Of a stretch of DNA of 64,000 nt, positions 10,455-21,710 are shown piece by piece. Every line of letters starts with the position of its first letter. The stretch's first letter is position 1. Location of the stretch: the NCBI GenBank assembly GCA_900088475.1, contig FLMG01003710.1, positions 1 through 64,000 on the forward strand, written 5' to 3'. The position numbers and the translations under genes are program-made. This stretch comes from Hyphochytrium catenoides (taxonomy: Eukaryota; Protista; Hyphochytriomycota). Under the pieces are notes generated by a model. The model did not search any database. It was not told the DNA's origin and worked only from the letters and a program-made list of their open reading frames with translations.

Positions 10455-13400
10455 TTAAGACGAGCTTCCCATTGGTTTCAGTCGAGGAGACTGGTGTTTC
10501 GTCTTGGTACTGCCCAAACCTTTCACGCTCACCGCCGGAAGGGACGTTGACTTAGAAATAGAAGAAAAAGAAGGGATCCCCGGCTGCCGACCGACCGCGG
10601 CCGGACTCTCTACTCTAGTCTGTGGGAGTCCCAATTCTTGAGGATCTTGCGTGAAGTCCCAGAGAGACGGGCTCGGCGAGGCTTGCAAGGCACCTGAGTA
10701 TGTTAGGATCAGAAGGAATACTGATCTGAGCTGGGCTTAGAGAAAACTACATGGTGCAATGACCTAGTAAGGCCCAGTAAGGAAGGTGACGGGCCAGACA
10801 CAATTCCTGGTTCACCAAGCCAGGACTGAACGGATGGGGGTGAAAACGTTCCGTCTGCCCAAGCACGATTTACAGCGAAACGACGTGATTCCGCCCGACC
10901 ACGAAGGCGCCAGCACCCAGTAACGAGGGAACCTTGAGAAGGTAATAAAGATGCCTACCAGAAGACGTTGGGAGGGGCTCTGCTGTACTTTGTGCGTCTT
11001 CTTCTGCCCTCCCCTGTTTCATTGTCCCTCTATAGAGGGGAGACACTTCAAGGCGAGAAGAGCAAAGGGTTGGGGAGGGAGAAGGTTTAGACAGAGCTAA
11101 TAAGGCACCCTGAGCCAATCTGCCTGACTTCTCTTCTTTAGCGATCAAAGTATCATTCTGTTCTTCATGGTTCTACTTTCCTCTTCCACCACCATTCCAC
11201 AGCTGACGTGGTTGATTTATTATTGTACTTACCGGCTGGACCCTTCTCTTTCCCAATGACCCCCTTTCCTCTCCTGGCTGTTAAAGGCCTAAGGCGACAG
11301 TCGATGGAAAGCGTTTTAGCAGGCGTAAAGGCTATTCGTGAAGGAAGGACGGATAAGTTGACACAGACCAAATGCGGCATCCATCCCTTGCGGAGGAAGG
11401 ATGGTGGAACTAGGGGACTGATGCATTCTCAGGAGACGAGTTCGTCAACAGGGAAGAAGCACAAAATAACAGCGTAGATATAAAGGACTTCAAAGCAAAT
11501 AGAATAGGTTGGCAGATGGTGGGAACTGGCAAAGGAGGCATTTTCGGAGACGAGTAGTAAGGCAAGAAGGAAGAGGCAAATGAGTAGCAACATTCTTATC
11601 TTTCCTGTCCTTTGAAGATGCTTGTTAACGACTCTCGTGGGCCTTACCTAGTCCTTGAGCCTTCCCCCAGAGGTGTAAAGTTGATACCAAGGCCGTTAGA
11701 AGCTAGAATGTGCCTTGCTTTAAGCGGATCTACCGCAAGGAGGTTGCGGAAGTAGTCGCAAAAAGACGAGAAAGAAAGAATTCTGGCATCTTTCTCTCTC
11801 CATCCCAGCTTGTTATAGACATTGGAGACCCCTGACGACGAGGAAGCAGTGATATGACGGTCAAGTCTTCGTGTTTCCTCTGGAGAGAGGAAACCATCCA
11901 AATCACTGTCGTACTTGTCAAATATAGTTCTGTCGACAAAGATAGCGACACCTGGTTAGGACCTTTAAAAGCACTCTAGCGTCTTGTTGCCGGTAGTTTC
12001 CCTCTGACACCCCGATTGCTAAAGCCATTCTGTGGCAACCGTGAAGTCCACAGCGCCAAATGTATATGAACGCCAAGCAATGAGGGCTGACGATGGGATA
12101 GACTTATTCTTACCGTATCCCTGCTACAGCTTCACCATTGAGCTTGTCGTCATCTTTAATTGCTCTTGCCCAATCCAGCGTCTGTGCATGGAACCACCTT
12201 CCTTCTTCTGCCCTGTATCATATGACGATAACCACAGAGAGTTACCTTTTAGGGAATCTTGCAGAATGTGATAGTGGCAAGGTCTTACCTCCTATCTCTC
12301 TCTCCGCTTGTCTTCGGGCGAAGTATGGGGACAGCACCCTCCCAAGGCCTTACCGGAGCAACGTTGGTTTCTCCTGACTCCTTTGAAAGAAAATCTTTGG
12401 TTTCTTCTGTCTCTAAAGCGGCCCTTTGTTCCTCATCGATAGTAACTTTATTCCGTTTTGGAGTGTTCTGCACTTTCCTCGCTAACGTAGAGTAGTTCAA
12501 GGTACTCAGCGTCTCATCTAAGACGTATTGAGATGGAGAGACTGTGAGGATGAGTGTCGTGAGGGAGTTTCCTCCAAGACTTTCCTCCAGCAGCCGCTGC
12601 GAAAAGAAGCGAAGGGAACATCATTTCCTGGTGTCAGCGAACCGAAACGTGAAGACTCAGAGAGTCCTGGAAACAAAGGGAGCATCCGCCCAAAGCCGAC
12701 CAGAAGAGAAGGATTGAGAGGTCAACGGAACAGGAAAGATTGAAGATCTCAAAAATTTTCCAGTTCTGTCAAGGCCAACAGGAAGTACCGTGAGCTTGCT
12801 TTCTCTATAGGGTATATGGCCCCACTTATTGACCAGTCCCTGAATCACTCGTCCAAGCGCAAGTAGACCCTGTCCAATGCTCGCAGCCTCTCTCTTTCTT
12901 TCTTTCTTCCCACCAGCGCGCTCAAAGTTTTCCGAGCCACTTAAATCAACCAAGTTCAGTCTTCCTCGTTTCACAATGGTCTGACCTTCGCGAATGACTG
13001 CAGTTAAAGGTAAGGGTCAGAGGAGAAGCAGAGAAAACTCTGAAGCCAGACGCAAAGATCAAATCTCTCTGCCATGGCGTAACGCATACCTCGTGTCTCG
13101 ACAGAGATTGAGAAGATTGAATGCGAGCGGCTTGACACCTAGTGATGGTTTAGAAGATTAAAGAACTAAACGTGGTCTAGATAGATACCCCCATACCTGA
13201 AAACGAATCAGTTAGAGAAGCAAGGAAAAACGGAGATGGACACATAGTAAACCTCGACATACTCTAAAGATATGGCAAGCACAGCTATTATGACAGTCAT
13301 AGTCTTGCAGTGTAGTGCAGAGTTTAGAGGTAAGAAGGCTCTCCTGAGCGCCTCCGTCTTTTACCTTGTTGCATAGAGTCTCTGCCACGTGTCTGCTACG

Positions 13401-16400
13401 GAGGCTTTTCTCCAGAATGGAGAATATCATCGCTGCGTTCGTGACTTCCACCTCTTCTAACCCTTTCACTATTATCCCCTGCACTGGGTCTTTGGTTATC
13501 TGGAGCTTCTTCGGTTTAAAAGTTTCCTTGTTTATCCTCTCCTCGTCCGCTGACGAAGCCCCTGTCTTGTACCTACAACAGGATTAAAGAGGTTAACAGC
13601 AGAGTACGTAGGCATGCTGTTCCAACCAGGCCTTGGTGCTCTGCGCGCTCTCTCTCTCCCTCTTCTAACCCAATCTCCTCTGATTGAGTCAATGGCCGAA
13701 CTGGTGTTACCATGCACTACATAGGAGCTAGTCTCTACCAATGCTTAACTTACTCCACATTTATTCCTCTCTTTCGTGCTGCCATGAAGAGGCTCCTGGA
13801 CGTGGTGGACATCTGCTGTACATTGCCACTACCTTCGCTTTCTTCCAGCAGATCTGTTAGCTCCTCATTATAGATTTCCAAATGTGAAACCTTCACCGTG
13901 TACTCAAAAGAAGATCGTGAGGATGGAGTGTGAGGAAAGGGTTGAGAGGAATTCAGGGTGTCAAAAATGGTGTGGATGCTTCTAGATATTATCCCTGCTC
14001 TTTCTGGATCTCGAATGGACCCTTCCATAGTGTGAGTTTTGCCAGATCCTGTAGCCAGTGAACAGCAGCAGAAGCAACTTTAAATTTTTAATCAGTCGAT
14101 AAGCAGTAGTGCAACTCTTAGTCAGTGAAGAAAGGTCATTTCGGTCCCATACCTGTCTGACCGTAGGCAAAAATGGTGCAGTTGTACCCCTGCAGAGCGG
14201 TAGTTACGATCGACTCCACTTCCTGAGCAGTAAGAGGGAACGGTACGCAGAGGAGTGAATAACCCAAGTGCTCAGCCACCGGAGGTAGTAGACGAGAGAG
14301 GACGAACCAAGGAGAAGATTGTCACTGCGGATACTTGTTATGGAGCCTAAGCGGCTCAGTCACCCACAAAGAAGCAGGTAAGAAGGGCAGTAGTCCCACT
14401 ATCTTACTCTGGATTCAACCTCTCTCTCAACTCACCCTGTAGACTTCGTGCTGGGTCGTGCTAGGTCCAAAGACCCTGTCAAAGGTAAAAGTTCTCCTTG
14501 GTAGATAAGGGGCAGTGGGATCAATCGTTATCTCGGTGCTCGAGGTGCAGGAGAGAACAGATGACGCTCCTAGAGCCTTTTCCTCGTCGAAAAGCGGGCG
14601 GGCTCGAAGAAGGACTCTGATGGGCGTGAGGGAGCCGTCCTGGTCACTCTCAGTATTTATCTATGAAAAGAGCAATATCCCAAAATCTGGTAAGACCGTG
14701 ACTTTGGGTAAGAAGCGGGACATACAAGTAGGGAAAAGAACAAAAATTGTCACCATGTCTTAGAGGGTGGTTGAACGATACTGATCTGAAGCAGTATGGA
14801 GGTAACTGGTGGAAGTGCGAGGTAGCAAAGATGACAAGCTTGAGATGCAGAGAGCGTTTGCAGACAGGAAAATGTGGTTTACCGACGGATCAGTTGAGGA
14901 GAAGGATTTCATCTCTTTGGTCAGTGCAAGGCTCATACGGGTGTAAACCATATCGTCTGCTCTCGAGCGAAGAGTATCTTCTCTCTCTTTCGCTGCGCGT
15001 ATAGCCGCCAACTCTTCTGCCCGTACTCTCCAATCGCCATTGTCAAACTCTTCCTCCGATGGATACGGCGCACCTTGCCCTGAAGAGAAGTTCGAAACGC
15101 CACAAGGGAAAAGATCAGATAAAGCGATGTATGCTAAGGATGGGCAGTAGCAAGTATAAACCGAAGTAGGTCGGTGTCAAAGCTCGCAGACCCTATAAAA
15201 CGGAAGACTGCAGGGAAATGTGCAAGAGTACAGCTCGAACGACACGCTATTCAGCAGATACAGTCCACAGTCATCTCAGACGTACAGGTGTAACATGCTA
15301 AGTCAGCAAACGACCACCACGACGCGGACAAGAACACAATAGGAACTAACCTTCGCCGTGCTTACGGAGGACCATAATCTCTCCTGTTCCCGTGCTAGAG
15401 CAGAAGAAGATATTGCCGTGGTTGTCGAAGACTGCAGAAGTCGCGAAACCCTCAAATAGAACTCTGAGGGGATCTCCTGGCTGAGGTGCTGTGGCCAATG
15501 CTGTGGGTCTTTCGGGACATATAGAGGACGACCCACAACCAGCGAGCAGGATTCTCCCTGAGGGAGAAAGTGAAAGAGATTTAACTGGAGAGAGTCCGAA
15601 ATAGAGCCACTCTGGTCTTCCCCCTTGGTACTCCCATTCCCCGCTTCCGCAATATTCGTCATTGTGCGCAAGAGGTGTTATGATGGAGACAGCACCCACA
15701 AGCCCATAGGGCTCTGTGGGGACTCGAGCGTATGCCAGATATAGTACTCCCCGTGTATCCACCGCAATGTCCTCCGGCACCAAAGATTTGTTGACCAACC
15801 GATGTCCGCTTTGCGTCTGGTCTGTTGCCTCGCTATGTTCATCCTCAAATAGAAACTGAAGAAATGTGATTTTTTCCGGCGCTCTGGCACTACGACTTTG
15901 AAGCGTTGAGGGAGGCAATCCTGCAAGTCTCCAGCTGACGAGAGTTGACCCTCCCTCTCTCCGTCTCATCCTCTCAATAAACATGACAGAATGCGTAGCA
16001 GAGACATGCAGACCAGCAGGGTATGAGAGAGACTGAAGGAGAATATTGAACTCTTTTGTGAGAGAATTATAAGCAGAAAGTCTTCCTCCGTCTTTGCTTG
16101 CCTCTCCCTCTTCGAGAACGTACACGATATGGCCCATGGCTTCAACTCTGGTCGGTCGATGCAAAGCCTCAGCCAGGACTTCATTGCATCTGCTGGCAAG
16201 GTGAAGAACTCCAAAGGTTCCCCCTTGGCAATGCACCCAGTACAGATCTGTTTCTCCATTCGGTGTCATGCTAGCACTTAGACTTGTACAGCCTAACAGC
16301 TCTTTTTCACCCGCAGTCGGCAGTACCCTCTCCACCGAACTCGCGGCCCTCTGTACGGCCTCTGAGCTATTGAGCCATGCCAGTCGTCTTGCATGTTCCT

Positions 16401-16917
16401 CCGTGGAAATGATCGGGATCTCTATACCGGCAGAAGGTCCTAGAGACATTTCTTCTCTCTCTCCCAGTAACCCTCTGTGGTCCTCATACCCCTCGAGCTT
16501 TGCTGACGATGTGTAGGAGGAAAGAGCAAATGAACTGCTCCTACGTTGTTGGTTTTTTACCAGTGCCGCTAGGAGTCCTTGAAGAAGAGGGGGATCATAC
16601 TTCAACCTGGAATCTTTAACTAGCACGAGCTCCAGTGTTACTTCGTCTTCCGTCAGTCGATTCTCTGCTACCTCTTCCACTGCTTGTGCAAGGTCTTGTG
16701 AACCCTTGAGAGATGTAAGCCTCGCCTGTTCTTTGCTGTAGGTATAAATAAGCGGCCAGCTGTCTGAGTAGTCAACAACAGTGCACGCAAAGAGGACACG
16801 TTCCTGGAATGCCGTCCATTCTATGGGATAGGAGACAGCAAGCTTCAAGGCTTGACTTAGCTCTCCCAAAGCATTCAGAGTCTGGACCACCAATGACAAC
16901 TTCTCTATACTCTTCAT
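10455..16917 (-). CDS. Kinesin-5 (BimC/Eg5)-like motor protein with a predicted N-terminal PB1-like plus beta-propeller region and a C-terminal EF-hand; 3' end uncertain (11165 or 10455)
   Basis: Motor exons from 14660 to about 12290 give [100 protein letters not shown] and ETLSTLNYS. The upstream 523-aa ORF joins in phase through GT-AG introns 15350-15080 and 14882-14661. The motor call is secure; the fusion is inferred. Confidence 0.8.
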
Positions 16918-17464
16918 GTCAGCACTTAGGTAGGACTCTCGTGGAGCCCCTCCATGTTGTCGTCCCTCACGAGAGCCAAGCGCAACGATGCTGAACCGCC
17001 TCTCGTTTCAATAAAGCCAGACGCTGGACGTAAAAGTGCTATGCGTAGACTTCAACCGCGCCATCTTCGTATCTGCCCGAAATGAAACCACTGGACTGGA
17101 ACCACTGGACCGCTCCAATGTCGCCCGTTTGGCCCATCGTCCCGCTGCAAATGTCATCTACCTCCCTAGAGCCCATATCAGCTAATCCATCCCAGGCACA
17201 ACTAGCGAGATGCTGCCGCATCGTTGAGTCTGTCTCCAGAGGTATCTGAACCCAGGATGAGTCTCAAGCTCGGGAGGAGCGATAGGGAAGCTTGCTAGCA
17301 GGTGCTGCGGCCGACATCTGCTAGGTCGCTTCTGACAACCTTTTTGTGGGCATCTCTCCTGCAACTTCTGCCAGTTGACCTTTCGCACTTAGTGGAGTTA
17401 CTATACGGCTGGCGCTTTGGTTATCAATAGCAGCTGACCCTTGATTACTGGAAAGCAAGAATGC

Positions 17465-17476
17465 TTTTGGCGGGAA
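17465..17476. promoter_or_regulatory. Putative E2F/DP binding site (TTTTGGCGGGAA) in the divergent kinesin/primase intergenic region
   Basis: Matches TTTSSCGS on the + strand and TTCCCGCC on the - strand, about 310 bp upstream of the primase ATG. DNA replication genes are classical E2F targets. Confidence 0.55.
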
Positions 17477-17651
17477 CTTTCAGAATGTAGAGAAACTCCA
17501 AATCTTTTCCAGTCCTTTCTCTTGTACTGTGTAGAGCTCGCGGCATGATCTCTCACATCGCTCCCTCGTCATAGGTCGTCTTAACAGAGCTATCTCAATC
17601 TCTGATCCTCATCACCAAGCTCGCTCCACTCCAGTGAGCTTCTATTATAAC

Positions 17652-17659
17652 TATAAAAG
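17652..17659 (+). promoter_or_regulatory. Putative TATA box (TATAAAAG) upstream of primase
   Basis: CTATAAAAGGGG lies about 130 bp upstream of the primase ATG at 17786. Confidence 0.45.
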
Positions 17660-17785
17660 GGGACGCCTAATCTTCGCAAAGCGAAAGTGCTGGAACCCCT
17701 CAGTCGCGAGGAAGCGACGACGCCCCTGTCTTGTCAGCGCAGGGAAGATTTGTTACATTGAGTATAGAAGGTCTTGTTTGGTGCT

Positions 17786-19994
17786 ATGGAGCCGATGATG
17801 GAGCCTGAGAGTGAGGGACCAGCGACAAACCATAACTCCAGCCAAGAGTTTAGTGAGGACCTACTGCGCGTGTACTATGGTTCGTGTCTTATTATNNNNN
17901 NNNNNNNNNNNNNNNNNNNNNNNNNNNNNNNNNNNNNNNNNNNNNNNNNNNNNNNCAGATTCGAGCTACTTGCTGCGGAGGGAGTTTTCCTTCACGTTGG
18001 AGCATGACATCTACATTCGTTACAAATCATTCAAGGATAAAGAGGAGCTTGCCGCCCAGATTCAAGCTCTGCAACCCCACAAGATTGACATTGGTGCCGT
18101 TTACAGCCTCTCGGTAAGCTATTCATGAATACTTTAGAGTGATGGACGGTTTGCCTCCATATAGGACACGGCGGTTATGAGAAAGAAGGAAAATCATATT
18201 AACCATACACTCACGATTATTTCTGAGCAGCCTCGGGATCATGACAAGATCAACCCGTCAGAGTTTGTCCCTTTGGAACGTGAGCTTGTCTTTGACATTG
18301 ACATGACTGACTACGATAGCGTCCGGACCTGCTGTGAGGGTGCCAACATCTGCACGAAGTGCTGGTCGTTTATGACAGCTGCAATAAAAGTTCTTGACGT
18401 GGCCCTGAGAGGTAAGTGAGCTTTGCGGCCGCGATCTACCCCATGTTATGTTAGATTCTGTTCAGGCCCACCAGTACTGACTACTGTTTCCCTTCTCCCG
18501 ACATGCAGATGACTTCGGTTTCCAGCATGTCCTGTGGGTTTATAGCGGTAGAAGAGGAGTCCACTGCTGGGTCTGCGATGAGATCGCAAGAGGGTTAACC
18601 AACGAGGCGAGGGAAGCTGTGGTGCAGTATCTTACAGTTTACCAGGTTAGATCCTATCGTCTTTCTTGCTCGCGCGAGTCCTTACTGTCCCGCATAGGGG
18701 GAGGGCAACAACTCGCGGTACCTTGGGTATCCACTGCATCCGTCCTTAAGGTATGTCTACTTTCTTTCAGATCACTCCATATACTGATACTCTGCATCCA
18801 GTCGCGCCTTTGAGATATTGGAGCCACTCTTTGTGGAGTGGATTGTCTCTGAGAAGGGCCAGGCTCTGCTCTGCACTCCAGAGGGCTGGGCGAAGGTACT
18901 CAATAGAATCCCTGACCCTGGTAAGTTATCATCATCTGCAGTCGTCTAAAGTGTAAAGCGGGGATAATCACAATCTCCTCTACTCACGCACACTCTGTTC
19001 GCGCTACATTGCGTTATTCGTTAGCAATCGCTGCTAGTCTAGACGAGAGCTGGAAGTCAAGCAAGTGTAAGCTTTCTCCCGAAGAGAAATGGGAGCAGCT
19101 AAAATCCACGATACGGTCTGTAGAGAGCCAGAGCAAGGCGAAGAAAATGAAGGTATTCTGATCCCCTTCTTTGGCTCACGTCAGCAAACTTGAAGCGCAT
19201 TTACAACCTCGTTCTACTGCTCCGCATGTCGCGGGCACTGCAATCCGCAATCTCGTCTTACCACCGATCAGGTAGACAAGACAACATCAAGAAAGCTACA
19301 TACATTTATTGAAGAGTTAGTGTTCTACTACATGTATCCGAGGCTGGATGAGAACGTTTCCAAGCACCGGAACCATCTTTTGAAAGCTCCCTTTGCTGTC
19401 CATCCAAAGACAGGTGGAGCTAGCTCGTTAGACTCTCTATCTCTTGGTTAGGTCTCCCCGCTGTGTCCATTACATGCTGTTTCTGTCCTTCGGAAACTCT
19501 ATACACTATTCCTCCTGAGTGGTCTTACCATCTTGTTTCTATTATCAGGCCGTGTGTGTGTGCCGATCAAGGCGGGAAGTGTCGATCAATTCAAGCCCTT
19601 TCAAGTGCCTACTCTGGCACGATTGGTGGCCGAACTGGATGACTTCAATAACTCTAACGCTGACCCATTATCGAAAGACTCAGAAGGTACACACAAGAGA
19701 AGCTTATGACCGACACAGCGCTAGGTGGCAATTACGCTGTATGAAAGGCGATTGCATTTGACTACCGGTGTGCCCCTTACAATTCTGTCATCGTCAGATT
19801 GGGAAAAGACTAGCCTAAGGCCGTCCGTGCAAATCTTTTTGGACTTTTATCGCAAGGTCCGTTCCAGCGTCCTCAAGACTGTAAAGGAGGAGAAAGAAAG
19901 TGAGTGTATTGTACCCCTTTGCCACGCTGTGTTTGCGTCTGCTGATAGCGGCCCTGTATTTCCAGGAGCAGCTGCAGTTACTGGGGATTGGTGA
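17786..19994 (+). CDS. PRIM1: DNA primase small (catalytic) subunit, multi-exon; an N gap at 17896-17954 interrupts the first intron region
   Basis: [79 protein letters not shown] and [32 protein letters not shown]. Stop TGA at 19992-19994. Confidence 0.95.
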
Positions 19995-21710
19995 CGGGTG
20001 TAAGACTATTATGCAAGTACTCATTATGATCGTCGCTGTGACAGTGAGGCTTTGTGACGGTGCTGAGCTATGTACTGTTTTATAGCCTACTGTCCGTTGC
20101 AGCGAAGCCGCGTAATCAGTGTCATCCATGATGACTGTAAGTATGTCTAGTATATATTCAAGCAAGCCCATCTATTTTACCCATCAGAACAGCAAGACTC
20201 TGCGCACGCTGTCTCGACTACTAGAGTCTAAACGTCTTTCCACGCGTGTAAAGCGACGTGCTGCTGAGCAGAGTTTGAGTTTGTTCCATCAGTAGTTCTA
20301 TGTCAGGTTCATTGGTGCATCCATACTGTACAGCTAAGGTACTGCTCTTGGCGGGATTACTCAAAGTGAAGCACGTTTTTATGATTGATGATGTTCTTGT
20401 AGCACAAGGAGAATCCACTTCCCAGTTTACAGATAGGCTCCCGTCCCCATCCATAGCTCCTTATCTTGCTGGCTATTTACTGGGCTGCTAGTCCCTCACT
20501 GTACAGAAACTCAGGAACAGGTCGTTCAGAACAGGTGTGGCATCGTCGTTACTATCCCTGCCGCTATATAGTAGTGACATGACAGAAGGACTGGGACACG
20601 GGAAGGAGGACATGGCACCTACATGAACAGCTCCTACTACTACTGTCTGGCCCTGTGCCCTTTGTCATCCGTTCGTCAGAACACAGGAAGTTTCTATCTC
20701 AACAGTAGGAGAGCAAGGCAGGCCCTACAGATATCCTCGATGATGATGCGTGGTGAATGACTATGGGAAATCAAGCAGTTGACGAGAGACAGGGTGTTAG
20801 GGTGACAGCTAGAACATTGCTTTCAAAAGGCTGGACTGATTCATTTTTATACTAAATCAGCTTGGGTCACCGTGTCCATAGCACATCCTCTGTACTAAAG
20901 AAAGCACTTTTCTTTCAAATGAATAATGTAAGGTATGCCCTAGAATATCACTATTTGAAGCTTGCGGGCGGCTTACCCTCAGGGGCAAGGAGGGGGAACT
21001 TAGTTCAGTTTCGCCATAACCCCGGCATATGATATGGTAGCTAGGGTTTCGTTTTTGATCTGGTTGCATTCAGTGAAATATCTATTCATAAACCGCTTCT
21101 CTGTATTTATGGTGCATTTATTATTCCACTTGTTCCTGATCGTACGCCCGCCAGAGGTCGGCGATAAAGTCTGTAGATGATGGGCGCAGAAAACAACCCC
21201 CGCACCATTTGATGAGTTCCTCTTTCCTGATGTTCTACGGACTCCTGGCCATCTCCTGGACATTCTGTCTCTCAGGCGAACCATAGATCTCTCCCGTCGA
21301 AGGCGTATCTCTTTCTCACTCTGGTTTATCTCAACCCAGTTTGCGTCGATTCTTATGATGCTGCTTCATCTGCTTCATCTCACTCCTCCGCCAGCCCGCG
21401 CTAGCCAGAGCTCATCAGAAAATCACTCCCTCCTGAAGATTCATTGAGCGGTTCGGAGCTCCTGTTTGCGATTGCTTTATGGGCATCTCCTCCTGTTAGC
21501 TGGCATTCTCTTTCCATTTGCTGTCGAAGTCTCTCGCCTTTGGTTCTCGCTTAGTAAAGGCAAGCGCCATTGCCTGTCGTAGCGCCTACGTCTGGGGGCT
21601 GCAAGGGATTTGCCGGATGATCACAGGTGGAGGAGTCGCTATGAGTGCTTATTAAAGGAACTAGGACAAGGAAGGTCCTCCACCATTCCGTCGCTCTACT
21701 CTCGTTATCA

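Noticed and set aside
17896-17954. Apparently missing conserved N-terminal primase segment
   Set aside because: It coincides with an assembly gap, so loss cannot be inferred.
20221-21284. Short minus-strand ORFs between primase and cyclase A
   Set aside because: I could not build a consistent spliced model or recognise a domain.
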